Assembly (NCBI GenBank): GCA_025352375.1
Contig: JANXTL010000028.1
Span: 1,125-65,124 of the forward strand
Direction of reading: 5' to 3'
DNA length: 64,000 nt
Source: Acetobacteraceae bacterium
GTDB taxonomy: Bacteria > Pseudomonadota > Alphaproteobacteria > Acetobacterales > Acetobacteraceae
Both the position numbers and the translations under genes were made by a program. Of this stretch, positions 1 to 9,388 are shown one piece after another (positions within the stretch are counted from its first letter, which is position 1; each line of letters opens with the position of its first letter). The notes beneath the pieces are model-generated. The model did no database searches and was not told the origin of the DNA. It saw nothing but the letters and a program-made list of their open reading frames with translations.

Positions 1-417
1 CTCCGCGTTCAGGCAGCCGGCGCCCGGTTCGTGGGGTCGGTCTGTACGGGAGCACTGGTCCTGGGCGCGGCGGGGTTGCTCCGCGGCAAGCGGGCAACGT
101 CGCATTGGAGCGTGCGGGACCTACTGGCCCGGTTCGGCGCAATCCCTACCAATCGGCGGGTCGTCCGCGATGGCAACACCATGACCGGCGGCGGAGTCAC
201 GGCCGGGATCGATTTCGCCCTGACCATGGTGGAGGAACTGATGGGGAAACCGGTCGCGGAGGGAATCCAGTTGGGAATCGAATACGCCCCTGCCCCGCCA
301 TTCAATGCCGGAACGCCGGAGACCGCGCCTGCCGCCGTGTTGGAAGCCGTTCGTGCGCGTGGCGCCGCTTTACGCGCCGTGCGGGAAGCCATCGTCGGTC
401 GGGTGACCGGATCTTAA
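1..417 (+). CDS. DJ-1/PfpI family (class I glutamine amidotransferase-like) protein, C-terminal part; 5' end lies outside the window
   Basis: The frame is open from nt 1 (the track lists 31..417). The translation ...VGSVCTGALVLGAAGLLRGKRATSHW...DGNTMTGGGVTAGIDFAL... has the nucleophile-elbow Cys and the GG..AGID pattern of DJ-1/PfpI proteins. Confidence 0.75.
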   Translation, partial: LRVQAAGARFVGSVCTGALVLGAAGLLRGKRATSHWSVRDLLARFGAIPTNRRVVRDGNTMTGGGVTAGIDFALTMVEELMGKPVAEGIQLGIEYAPAPPFNAGTPETAPAAVLEAVRARGAALRAVREAIVGRVTGS

Positions 418-746
418 CTGCCGGCTAGGCGTCGAACCATGCGAAGAATCATCTGACGGTCGTCCGGTATACATTCCCGATAGAGGCGCAACAGCGCCAT
501 TTCGTCGCCCTGTCGGGCCTCGGCCGGGGCGCGCTTGTCGCTGCCGTACATGAGGAACTCCACCCCGACATCCAGGCTGGCCGCGATGCGCGTCAGATTG
601 CCGGTGATCTGGCCGGCGCGGCCGGTTTCCCATTGCGCGACGGCGCTACGGGATACGCCGACCGCTTGAGCGAGCTGGTCCTGGGTCCAACCACGCTCCT
701 GCCGGACGTCTTTGATACGGGCACCGATCTGTGTGGGGTCGCTCAT
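414..746 (-). CDS. XRE (Cro/C1) family helix-turn-helix transcriptional regulator
   Basis: 110-aa ORF. The N-terminus IGARIKDVRQERGWTQDQLAQAVGVSRSAVAQWETG is a canonical XRE HTH. It is divergent from the small + strand genes. Confidence 0.85.
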   Translation of the reverse strand: MSDPTQIGARIKDVRQERGWTQDQLAQAVGVSRSAVAQWETGRAGQITGNLTRIAASLDVGVEFLMYGSDKRAPAEARQGDEMALLRLYRECIPDDRQMILRMVRRLAGS

Positions 747-750
747 AGGC

Positions 751-860
751 GTTAGTGTAACTCAACTCGCCTAACAGCCGCAAGCCCGGCGTGGGTATGG
801 GGTGCTTTTTTCTGACATCGTTAGTTATTTATGTTGACGTTATTCGCCACTCACACTAAC
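751..860. promoter_or_regulatory. Divergent promoter/operator region between the XRE gene and the phage-like genes
   Basis: GTTAGTGTA (751-759) recurs inverted as CACACTAAC (852-860). Further GTTAG/CTAAC half-sites lie at 771-775 and 820-824. TTGACG (834-839) is a possible -35. The operator role is inferred. Confidence 0.3.
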
Positions 861-905
861 AAGCCTCTTGTTCATGTTATGTTCGTTAACGCGGAGGCCG
901 TGCCA

Positions 906-1196
906 ATGCCGAAAAAACTCGTTTGGACAGACGCCCAGGACACCACGATCAAACGCCTCCGATCCGAGGGGGCCACCTGGGACACGATTGCAATGTCACT
1001 GCACCTGACCAGATGGACGGTGATCGAGCGCGGCCGGCAGATCGATGCCCGCCCCCCGCCGATCGATTTCATACCCGAACCGGACGATCCCAACCGCGAA
1101 CCGCTGCCGGCGGGCCATCCCCGATGCTGGGACGTCCTGGTGCAAGGCACCTGCCTTGAGGGCGTGCCCTACCCCATCGCCCGCGCCGATCTTTGA
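906..1196 (+). CDS. Hypothetical small protein with a GcrA/Myb-like N-terminal HTH-looking segment
   Basis: ATG at 906 follows GGAGG (about 894-898). The segment MPKKLVWTDAQDTTIKRLRSEGATWDTIAMSLHLTRWTVIERGRQI resembles the W-T-D...L...G.S...IA N-terminus of GcrA-type proteins. No firm family assignment. Confidence 0.5.
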   Translation: MPKKLVWTDAQDTTIKRLRSEGATWDTIAMSLHLTRWTVIERGRQIDARPPPIDFIPEPDDPNREPLPAGHPRCWDVLVQGTCLEGVPYPIARADL

Positions 1197-1225
1197 TCCC
1201 TTCACCCACCAGACAGGAGCCACCG

Positions 1226-1741
1226 ATGGACATGCAAACCGTCGTCACGGACCCGACGATCGATGCCGACTATGTCGTTTACCGATTGGAGGAAGCTGGA
1301 TCGACCTTACTGGCCCTGCCGGGCACCGGCTGGAGTACCAAGCTTCGCAGCTCGTCTTTGGAAATCGTGCGCACCGCCTTGGAGGCTTACGGCTGGGCCG
1401 AGGCCCGCATCCGGCCGGCGGTCCCTTCAGCGGAAAAAATTACCCGCATGGATCAGGCTTTAGGGTGGATCCCGCTGATTCCGTTAGACCGCTACGTGCT
1501 GCGGCGGGTGGTCGGGGCACGCAGCTTGGTGCATCCCCTCACCGACCGTCACCTCTACCCCTGGCGTCGCCTCGGCGCCGCGCTCGGCGCCGACCACAAG
1601 GCGGTGCAACGGTGGCACGCCCAGGGGGTTGGAATGATCGTGAAGGCCTTGGCAGCTCCTGGCGGTCCTACGGGTGCTTATGAATGGGATCGACCCAGTA
1701 GACCGCTTCCGGCTTCTCGACCGCGTCGATCTCAAGATTGA
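1226..1741 (+). CDS. Phage-associated hypothetical protein (recalls proteins annotated DUF6362; recollection only)
   Basis: ATG at 1226 is preceded by CAGGAG (1214-1219). The ORF has high GC3. Its 3' end overlaps the convergent cupin gene by about 74 nt, so the C-terminus is uncertain. Confidence 0.5.
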   Translation: MDMQTVVTDPTIDADYVVYRLEEAGSTLLALPGTGWSTKLRSSSLEIVRTALEAYGWAEARIRPAVPSAEKITRMDQALGWIPLIPLDRYVLRRVVGARSLVHPLTDRHLYPWRRLGAALGADHKAVQRWHAQGVGMIVKALAAPGGPTGAYEWDRPSRPLPASRPRRSQD

Positions 1742-2189
1742 CCACCACCGCTTCGTTGTCGCTACGGACGAGCACGCATTCCAGCGTCTCGTTCGTACTG
1801 GCGTTGATCTCCTGGTGCGGCACATAGGGGGGGACGAAAATGAAATCGCCGGCCTCGGCTTCGGCCACGAATTCCAGCTTGTCTCCCCACCGCATCCGAG
1901 CCTTGCCCTTTACGACGTAGATCACGCTTTCCAATGCGCCATGGTGGTGCGCGCCGGTCTTGGCGTTGGCATGGATGTTCACCGTTCCAGCCCATATCTT
2001 CTGCGCGCCAACACGGGCGAGATTGATCGCTGCGGCGCGGTTCATGCCGGGGGTCTGTGCGGTATTGGTGTCGAGCTGATCCCCTTTGATCACACGAACG
2101 CCGTTCAGGCGCCAATCCACCGGCGCGGGTTCGTGCGCATGATCGTGCCCATGATCGTGCCCATGATCGTGGTCGTGAGAATGGCTCAT
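1668..2189 (-). CDS. Cupin domain protein with a His/Asp-rich N-terminal tail
   Basis: Translation from MSHSHDHDHGHDHGHDHAHEP... The cupin motifs G.HHHG..E.V.YV..G and GDFIFVPPYVPH are visible. Start chosen at the internal Met (2189). Confidence 0.8.
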   Translation of the reverse strand: MSHSHDHDHGHDHGHDHAHEPAPVDWRLNGVRVIKGDQLDTNTAQTPGMNRAAAINLARVGAQKIWAGTVNIHANAKTGAHHHGALESVIYVVKGKARMRWGDKLEFVAEAEAGDFIFVPPYVPHQEINASTNETLECVLVRSDNEAVVVNLEIDAVEKPEAVYWVDPIHKHP

Positions 2190-2405
2190 GTGTGGGTGCT
2201 CCAAGATCGCGCGTGACGGGCCATTATCTTGCAATGTCGGATTTTCCGGAAGCCCCGCCGCTCATTCCCCGCACTCGATGCCGCAGGCGACCTTCGGCGG
2301 GATGGCGTTCACGATTTAGCCAGCCCGACTGCCTGCCGCAGCAACGTGAGCGCCGCGGTAGCCGCGCCTATGCGGGATACCTCAAAATCGTCCCTGGACC
2401 GACCA

Positions 2406-2424
2406 ACCGTCCAGACGGTATAGT
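2406..2424 (+). promoter_or_regulatory. Candidate TetR operator (ACCGTC-CA-GACGGT) overlapping a TATAGT -10 box
   Basis: A 6-bp-arm palindrome lies at 2406-2419. TATAGT at 2419-2424 sits only 6 nt upstream of the tetR ATG (2431), which suggests a leaderless, autoregulated transcript. Inference. Confidence 0.35.
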
Positions 2425-2430
2425 AAACAT

Positions 2431-2997
2431 ATGGATGACACCCCTCCCCCCTCCGTAAGAACCCGAATCCTCGACGCCGCCGAGGCCCTGGTCCGCGGCC
2501 GCGGCGTGAATGGTCTAACCCTGGACGCCGCCGCGCACGCTGCCGGTATGTCCAAAGGCGGGCTGCTCTACCATTTCGCCTCCAAGGAGGCGCTGCTGGA
2601 CGCGCTGCTCAAGCGCCTCGCCGCCTTCATCCAGGAGGATTTCGAAGCCGGGGTCGCCGCCGAAACCCAAGCGCCCGGCCGGGTGGCCCGCGCCATGCTC
2701 ACCTGGTCGCTCGGCCTGCCGCGCGATCAGACGAACGAACGCTGCGACCGCGCCGCCGCCGTCTTCCTGGCCGCCTTCCACCACGATCCCGCGCTTCTCG
2801 GCCCTGTGCGCCAGCAGATGGCCCGCATGCGGCAAGCGGTCGCCGCCGACGGCCTGCCACCCGGCCACGGCATGGCCATCATGGCTGCCGGCGACGGTCT
2901 GTTCATGGCACGCATCTTCGGCCTGTACACGCTGGAACCCGATGAGCGCCTGACGGTGCACACGGCACTTTCCACCTTGTTGGAACCGCGGCCATGA
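2431..2997 (+). CDS. TetR/AcrR family transcriptional regulator
   Basis: The N-terminal RTRILDAAEALVRGRGVNGLTLDAAAHAAGMSKGGLLYHFASKEALL is a typical TetR HTH. There is a 4-nt ATGA overlap with the next gene. Confidence 0.9.
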   Translation: MDDTPPPSVRTRILDAAEALVRGRGVNGLTLDAAAHAAGMSKGGLLYHFASKEALLDALLKRLAAFIQEDFEAGVAAETQAPGRVARAMLTWSLGLPRDQTNERCDRAAAVFLAAFHHDPALLGPVRQQMARMRQAVAADGLPPGHGMAIMAAGDGLFMARIFGLYTLEPDERLTVHTALSTLLEPRP

Positions 2998-4016
2998 GAC
3001 GTAAGCTACTCTTGGCCGGTGTCGCGCTGGCCGCTATCGCTGGTTACGTGACCTGGAAGAGCGTTCCAGCCGCGCTCCCCACCGCGATCGCCGCCGCCGA
3101 GCCCGCCGGGGTCGGTGCGCTCGGTCGCGTCGAACCGGCGTCCCGCATCCGCAAACTGGCGCAGCCGGGCGGGTTCTCGGTCAACCGTGTCGAGAAACTG
3201 CTGGTCACCGAAGGCGACCGCGTCGAGGCCGGTCAGGTCCTGACGGTGTTGTCGGATGCGGACCAGAAAGACGCTGCCGTCGCCCAGGCCGAGGCCGCCG
3301 CCGCCCAGGCACGCGCCACGCTGGATAAAGTGAAAGCCGGCGGAAGCCCCAGCCAAATCGTCGAACAGCAGGCGAGAATCGCCAGTTTGGTCGAGCAGGA
3401 ACGCATGACCAGGCTGGATGCCGAGCGATCCGAACAACTCGTTCCCAGCGGCGCCGGTGCCCGTGCCACGGCCGAACGCAACCGCGCCGCCGCCGCTCGG
3501 GCCACCGCCGAACGCATCGCGGCGGTAGCGCAACTGGACACATTGTCGCACCCAAGGCCGGAGGATGTCGCCGTCGCCGAAGCCCAGCTGCGCGGCGCCG
3601 AAGGGACGCTCGCGCGTGCCAAAGCGGACGCCGCATTATCCCGGATCACTGCCCCCATCGCGGGCACGGTGATCAAAATCTACGCGCGATCCGGAGACCT
3701 GATCGCCAACGATGGGCTGCTGGACCTCGCGGACCTGGAGCATATGGACGTGGTCGCCGATGTCTATGAGACCGATCTTCCGCGCCTGCGCCAAGGCGCC
3801 ATCGCCGACGTCATCGTGCCCGGCGATCCGAACCGCTACCGAGCCAGCGTTCGGGAAATCGGCTGGATGGTGCGGCGCACGACACAGGCAGGCTCCGACC
3901 CCGTCGCGGCGGTGGATGCCCGTTCGGTGGAGGTGCGGCTGACCCTGGACGACGCCGGCCGGCAGGCTCTGCGCCAGCGGACCAATATGCAGGTGCAGGT
4001 GGCCATCGGACCGTGA
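2994..4016 (+). CDS. HlyD/DevB-type membrane fusion (periplasmic adaptor) protein of an ABC exporter
   Basis: N-terminal TM segment, an Ala-rich coiled-coil hairpin, an ...APIAGTVIKIYARSGDLI... lipoyl-like motif, and translational coupling to the downstream permease. Confidence 0.85.
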   Translation: MRRKLLLAGVALAAIAGYVTWKSVPAALPTAIAAAEPAGVGALGRVEPASRIRKLAQPGGFSVNRVEKLLVTEGDRVEAGQVLTVLSDADQKDAAVAQAEAAAAQARATLDKVKAGGSPSQIVEQQARIASLVEQERMTRLDAERSEQLVPSGAGARATAERNRAAAARATAERIAAVAQLDTLSHPRPEDVAVAEAQLRGAEGTLARAKADAALSRITAPIAGTVIKIYARSGDLIANDGLLDLADLEHMDVVADVYETDLPRLRQGAIADVIVPGDPNRYRASVREIGWMVRRTTQAGSDPVAAVDARSVEVRLTLDDAGRQALRQRTNMQVQVAIGP

Positions 4017-5173
4017 GTCCCTTTCTGCCCGTTCGCCTCGCGTGGCGGCAGTTGCGCGCCGAACGAGCGCGCCTGTTTTCCGCCATTGCCGGGGTAATGT
4101 TCGCCTGCGTGCTGGTGTTCATGCAGCTGGGTTTCCGCAGCGCGTTGTTCGACAGCGCCACCGCTTTGCCGCAGGCGCTGCAAGGCGAGCTGTTTCTGGT
4201 TCACCCGCTGACCACGGCGTTGTTCCGCCCGGAATCCTTCCCCCGGGTGCGCGCCTACCAGACGCTAGCGGTGCCCGAGGTCGCGCTCGCCGTGCCCATC
4301 TACATGATGCAATCGATCTGGCGGAATCCGGTCAACGGCAGCCATCGCGCCATCCAATTGATCGGCTTCGACACCGAGGCCGGTGCGGTCAGCTTCCCGG
4401 GATTGACCGAACTGATCCCCGCCCTGAAGCGCCCTTACACCATCGCCTTCGACTGGAAATCCCGCCCCGAGTTCGGTCCGGTCGCCGCCATGATCGCCGC
4501 CAACGGGCCGCTACACGTCCAGATCGGCAACCGTGACGTGGAAATCGTCGGTACAGTCGCGCTCGGTGCCAGCTTCGGCGCGGATGGCAACGCGGTGATG
4601 AGCGAGACCAATTTCCGCCGCCTCGCCAGCAAGCGGGACCCAAGCAACATCGATCTGGTGGCGCTGCGGTTGCGGCCCGGCGCCGATCCGATCGCCGCGC
4701 AACGTGCGCTGACCGCACTGTTGCCGGGCGACGTAAAGGTGGTGACGCACGATCAGTTGGTGGCGTGGGAGCGGAATTACTGGGAAACCGCCACGCCCAT
4801 CGGCTTCATCTTCGCCTTCGGCAGCCTGATGGGCCTGATTGTGGGGATGGTCATCGTCTACCAGATCCTGTTCGCCGACATCGCCAGCCACCTGGCCGAA
4901 TATGCCACGTTGAAAGCCATGGGGTTCTCACCTGGGTATCTTAGGCTGGTGGTGATGGGCGCGTCGGCGATCCTGGCCGGCTTGGGCTTCATACCTGGCA
5001 TTCTCGCCTCGGCGGGGCTGTATGACGTGGTCGCCAAAGCCACGCTGTTGCCGCTGCGCATGGACGCAACCCGAGGGGCGATGGTGCTCGCCCTCATCTT
5101 CGGCATGTGCGCCTTCGCCGGATTGCTGGCGATGCGCAAGCTGCGCGATGCCGATCCGGCGGACATGTTCTGA
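4013..5173 (+). CDS. DevC/FtsX-like ABC exporter permease
   Basis: 386 aa. It has an N-terminal TM, a large periplasmic loop and three C-terminal TMs (FtsX-type topology). It lies between the adaptor and ATPase genes. Confidence 0.8.
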   Translation: MSPFLPVRLAWRQLRAERARLFSAIAGVMFACVLVFMQLGFRSALFDSATALPQALQGELFLVHPLTTALFRPESFPRVRAYQTLAVPEVALAVPIYMMQSIWRNPVNGSHRAIQLIGFDTEAGAVSFPGLTELIPALKRPYTIAFDWKSRPEFGPVAAMIAANGPLHVQIGNRDVEIVGTVALGASFGADGNAVMSETNFRRLASKRDPSNIDLVALRLRPGADPIAAQRALTALLPGDVKVVTHDQLVAWERNYWETATPIGFIFAFGSLMGLIVGMVIVYQILFADIASHLAEYATLKAMGFSPGYLRLVVMGASAILAGLGFIPGILASAGLYDVVAKATLLPLRMDATRGAMVLALIFGMCAFAGLLAMRKLRDADPADMF

Positions 5174-5853
5174 TGCCGGTGGAACCGGTGCACCTGACCA
5201 ACGTCGGTTTCGCGTTCGGCGATGGCGCGCTGCGCCGCCCGGTGCTACGGGAGCTCGATCTAACCGTCGCGGCGGGGGAGGTCGTGCTGCTCACCGGCCC
5301 CTCCGGCAGCGGCAAGACCACCCTGCTGACGCTGATCGGCGCGCTGCGGGCGATGCAGTCCGGCAGCTGCATGGTGCTCGGGCAGGAATTGCTGGGCGCT
5401 TCCCAGGCCGCCCGAGTGGCGTTGCGCCGGCGCATCGGCTTCATCTTCCAGAACCACAATCTGCTGGGGTTCCTGACAGCCGCGCAAAACGTCGCCATGT
5501 CCTTGGAACTGCATCCCGATTTCGGCGACGACGCTGCTCGGTTCGCCGAGGCCGAACGCATGCTCGGGCGGGTGGGCATGACGGAATTCGCCAGCGTCGT
5601 CCCGGCCAAGCTATCCGGCGGGCAGCGTCAACGGGTCGCGATCGCACGCGCCTTGGTCGCCGGACCGGGCCTGATTCTGGCGGACGAACCAACCGCCGCG
5701 CTGGACCGCCAAAGCGGCCGTGACGTGGTGGAGCTGATGCGCGATCTGGCGAAAAGATCGGGGATGCCGATCCTGCTGGTAACCCACGATCCCCGCATTT
5801 TGGATGTGGCAGATCGCGTGGTGAAGATGGAGGATGGACGGGTCGTTGGGTAA
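5173..5853 (+). CDS. ABC transporter ATP-binding protein (DevA/MacB-ATPase-like)
   Basis: Walker A GPSGSGKTT, signature LSGGQRQRV and Walker B LILADEPT are present. The ATG at 5173 overlaps the upstream TGA. Confidence 0.9.
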   Translation: MPVEPVHLTNVGFAFGDGALRRPVLRELDLTVAAGEVVLLTGPSGSGKTTLLTLIGALRAMQSGSCMVLGQELLGASQAARVALRRRIGFIFQNHNLLGFLTAAQNVAMSLELHPDFGDDAARFAEAERMLGRVGMTEFASVVPAKLSGGQRQRVAIARALVAGPGLILADEPTAALDRQSGRDVVELMRDLAKRSGMPILLVTHDPRILDVADRVVKMEDGRVVG

Positions 5854-6031
5854 AACTGCGTTGGTTGCTCTACGATCGGGTTTTTTAAATTCGGTGTTAC
5901 CTGCGTACATTCCGATCCTGCCGCCACCGCCAACCTACGATTAGACAGAATACAACCCAATGCCCCCGACCAGGGGCAGGGGCGCCGAGACGGAACGTTC
6001 GGCAGCACGCATTCTTCGTAAGGTGGAAATC

Positions 6032-6316
6032 ATGACCAGCAATCAGACCAACAACCTGGCCGCATTACTCCGCAACCAATTCAGCGCGCTTCGGCTGGTC
6101 GGGGCTCCCCTTCAGCTCGATGAAGACCGCCAGCGTCGGATGCTGCTGGTGCCCGAACAGGATTGGCGCGGCTGGTCGAATTTTCTCCGGGACGGCCCTC
6201 TGCCGTCAAATCCGAGCGCGCCGACCATGCTGCGGCGTTTGGGTGCGGCAACTTATCGGCTGGCGGCGTTGGCCGGCCGGCGTGCGGTCGCAGGAGAAGC
6301 ATCGTGGACGTCGTGA
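6032..6316 (+). CDS. Hypothetical protein (94 aa)
   Basis: ATG at 6032 follows AAGGTGGA. A GTGA junction at 6313-6316 could couple it to a 58-aa hydrophobic ORF (6313-6489). No recognisable family. Confidence 0.35.
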   Translation: MTSNQTNNLAALLRNQFSALRLVGAPLQLDEDRQRRMLLVPEQDWRGWSNFLRDGPLPSNPSAPTMLRRLGAATYRLAALAGRRAVAGEASWTS

Positions 6317-6543
6317 ATGCCGGCCTGACGATTGGAATGTCGCTGATCGCCGGTTTCTTGCTTTACGGATTTGAGGCATCGCCTGAACGGCCCATATTGC
6401 AAAAGACCTTTGCGGAGTCTGCGACCTCTGCGGCGGCGCAGCAAGCCGGCCATCGCACCAATCCCATCAGGCTGAACGCGCGCTTTTAGAGCCCCCTCGA
6501 CGCGCGGACCGGAAACCGCGATCCTGCGCCCGAGGAGCTTGCC

Positions 6544-8745
6544 ATGTCCCAGACCACCCTCCTGCGCGCGCCGCCACCCGTCCTGTTCATGCCGCAGAAG
6601 CAGGCCGCCCGGCCGGTCACGCGGCCATTGAAGGTTGTCTCACCGTACGAACCGGCGGGCGATCAGCCGGCGGCGATCAAGCAGCTCGTCGAAGGCGTCC
6701 GAGGGGACGAGCGCGATCAGGTGCTGCTCGGCGTCACCGGATCGGGCAAAACCTTCACCATGGCGAAAGTGATCGAGGCAGTCCAGAAGCCGACCTTGAT
6801 CCTGGCCCCTAACAAGACCCTGGCGGCGCAATTGTATGGGGAGATGAAAAGCTTCTTCCCCGACAACGCTGTAGAATACTTCGTCAGCTACTACGATTAT
6901 TACCAGCCCGAGGCCTACGTCCCCCGTACCGATACCTATATCGAGAAAGACGCCCAAATCAACGAGCAGATCGACCGCATGCGGCATGCCGCGACGCAGT
7001 CCCTGCTGGAACGCAACGACGTCGTAATCGTGGCGTCAGTATCGTGCATCTACGGTATCGGATCGGTCGAAACCTACGCCAAGATGGTGGTGAAGCTCGA
7101 GGTCGGCGGCTCCATCGATCGCGACGTCCTGGCTAAGGCTTTAGTGAACCTGCAATACCGCCGCAACGACACCGCGTTCCAGCGCGGCTGCTTCCGCCTG
7201 CGCGGTGAAATCGTCGATATTTTCCCCAGCCATTACGAGGACCGCGCCTGGCGGGTGTCGTTGTTCGGGGATGAAATCGAGTCCATCCACGAATTCGACC
7301 CGCTGACCGGCGACAAAACGGCTGAACTGCCGGAAATCACCGTGTACGCGAACAGCCACTATGTCACGCCGCGCCCAACGCTGACGCAGGCCATCCACGA
7401 CATCAAGATCGAGTTGAAAGAGCAGGTCGAGGAACTGACTCGCCAAGGCAAACTGCTGGAAATCGAACGCCTGACCCAGCGGACGACGTTCGACATCGAG
7501 ATGATGGAAACCACCGGGTCCTGCAAAGGGATCGAGAACTATTCCCGGTATCTGACAGGGCGCCGCCCCGGCGATCCACCGCCGACTTTATTCGAATATC
7601 TGCCTGAAAACGCGCTGCTGATCGTCGATGAGTCCCATGTCACCGTGCCGCAGTTGGGCGGCATGTATAAGGGAGACTTCAACCGCAAAACCGTGTTGTC
7701 GGAATTCGGATTCCGCCTGCCGTCCTGCATCGATAACCGCCCGCTAAAATTCGAGGAATGGGAGCGGTTCCGCCCCATGAGCGTTTTTGTCTCCGCCACG
7801 CCCGGCCCGTGGGAGATGGAACGCACTTTGGGCGTCTTCGCCGAACAGGTCATTCGCCCGACCGGCCTGATCGATCCCGTCACGGAAGTCCGCCCGGTCG
7901 AGCATCAGGTCGACGATCTGCTGGCGGAATGCCGCACGATGGCAGAGCGGGGCAATCGCGTTCTGGTCACGACGTTGACCAAACGCATGGCCGAGGACCT
8001 GACCGATTACCTGACCGAACACGGCGTGAAGGTGCGGTATCTGCACTCCGACATCGACACGCTGGAGCGGATCGAAATCATCCGCGATTTGCGGGTGGGC
8101 GTGTTCGACGTGCTGGTTGGCATCAACCTGCTGCGTGAGGGTCTGGATATTCCGGAATGCGCTCTGGTCGCGATTCTCGATGCGGACAAGGAAGGGTTTT
8201 TGCGGTCGCAAACATCGCTGATCCAGACCATCGGTCGCGCAGCGCGAAATGTGGACGGCAAGGTCATCCTCTATGCCGACACCATGACCCGCAGCCTGCG
8301 CGCCGCGATCGAGGAAACCGACCGGCGCCGCAACAAGCAACGCACCTGGAACGAGGAACACGGCATCACGCCGATGTCGATCAAGCGGCAGATCGGCACC
8401 GTGCTGGAAAGCGTGTTCGAACAGGATTACGTCACCGTCGCTCCGATCAAGGACTCCGGCATCCAGGATTTTGTGGGCAAGGACCTGAAATCCTCCATCG
8501 CCGAAATGGAAAAACGTATGCGCGCCGCCGCGGCCGACCTGGAATTCGAGGAAGCCGCGCGTATGCGCGACGAAATCAAGCGGCTGGAGGCTCTGGACCT
8601 CGGCCTGCCCGCCCCGCCCGTCGCCAGCGCGACATTCCGCCAAAAGCGCGACCGCACGCCAGAACCGATGGGCCCCGGTGGCGGGGGCTACGATCCGACC
8701 AAGCGCAAAGGCGGCTTCGGCGGCAAACGCCGGCGGGGACCATAA
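6544..8745 (+). CDS. uvrB: Excinuclease ABC subunit B
   Basis: 733 aa. It has the GVTGSGKTF Walker A, DESH box, helicase motifs and the C-terminal UVR domain ([17 protein letters not shown]). Confidence 0.98.
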   Translation: MSQTTLLRAPPPVLFMPQKQAARPVTRPLKVVSPYEPAGDQPAAIKQLVEGVRGDERDQVLLGVTGSGKTFTMAKVIEAVQKPTLILAPNKTLAAQLYGEMKSFFPDNAVEYFVSYYDYYQPEAYVPRTDTYIEKDAQINEQIDRMRHAATQSLLERNDVVIVASVSCIYGIGSVETYAKMVVKLEVGGSIDRDVLAKALVNLQYRRNDTAFQRGCFRLRGEIVDIFPSHYEDRAWRVSLFGDEIESIHEFDPLTGDKTAELPEITVYANSHYVTPRPTLTQAIHDIKIELKEQVEELTRQGKLLEIERLTQRTTFDIEMMETTGSCKGIENYSRYLTGRRPGDPPPTLFEYLPENALLIVDESHVTVPQLGGMYKGDFNRKTVLSEFGFRLPSCIDNRPLKFEEWERFRPMSVFVSATPGPWEMERTLGVFAEQVIRPTGLIDPVTEVRPVEHQVDDLLAECRTMAERGNRVLVTTLTKRMAEDLTDYLTEHGVKVRYLHSDIDTLERIEIIRDLRVGVFDVLVGINLLREGLDIPECALVAILDADKEGFLRSQTSLIQTIGRAARNVDGKVILYADTMTRSLRAAIEETDRRRNKQRTWNEEHGITPMSIKRQIGTVLESVFEQDYVTVAPIKDSGIQDFVGKDLKSSIAEMEKRMRAAAADLEFEEAARMRDEIKRLEALDLGLPAPPVASATFRQKRDRTPEPMGPGGGGYDPTKRKGGFGGKRRRGP

Positions 8746-8760
8746 ACCAGGAACGACACC

Positions 8761-9258
8761 ATGCGATGGACATTGTGGACATTATGCAGCCTCGCCTGCC
8801 TGAGCACGACCGCCAAAGCCGACGATTATCCGGCGCGAAAGGCCGGCCTCTGGGAAATATCGATGACCGTAGCTGGATCGCCGCGGCAGACCAAATTCTG
8901 TATCGACGCCGCCACCGACGCGGCGATGTACCAAGCCGGAATGGAAAATTCCGGCATCGCCTGTAGTCGCCGCGACATCGTGCGCTCCGGCCCGACTGTG
9001 ACGATCGACGCGGTTTGCACGATGGGCCAGCGCACGATTACCACGCACATGACAACGGTGTTCGCGGGCGACACCGCCTACCGCACCGAAAACAAATCCC
9101 GCATCGAACCGCCTATCGTCGCAGGGCGGCCAGACTCCACCACCACGCAGGATGCGAAATGGGTCGGGCCTTGCCCCGCCGACATGCTGCCTGGCGACAT
9201 GTTGATGCCGAACGGGGTTAAGATGAACGTCATCGCCGCTCAAAAGGGCGGCAAGTAA
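8761..9258 (+). CDS. Secreted DUF3617-like protein
   Basis: Signal peptide MRWTLWTLCSLACLSTTAKA, then the G.WE....... C.. pattern and paired Cys residues, as in DUF3617 proteins (recollection). Confidence 0.6.
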   Translation: MRWTLWTLCSLACLSTTAKADDYPARKAGLWEISMTVAGSPRQTKFCIDAATDAAMYQAGMENSGIACSRRDIVRSGPTVTIDAVCTMGQRTITTHMTTVFAGDTAYRTENKSRIEPPIVAGRPDSTTTQDAKWVGPCPADMLPGDMLMPNGVKMNVIAAQKGGK

Positions 9259-9388
9259 CGTCTACACGATCGGGCGCTCCGCAATCGCTTCGATCCCGCC
9301 GGATTACACGCGCGCACCCGAAACACCCCGGGGGGCATTTTCGTGGTAATCGTTAGAACCCGAACGAACACGGAGGTTGCCCTCAATC

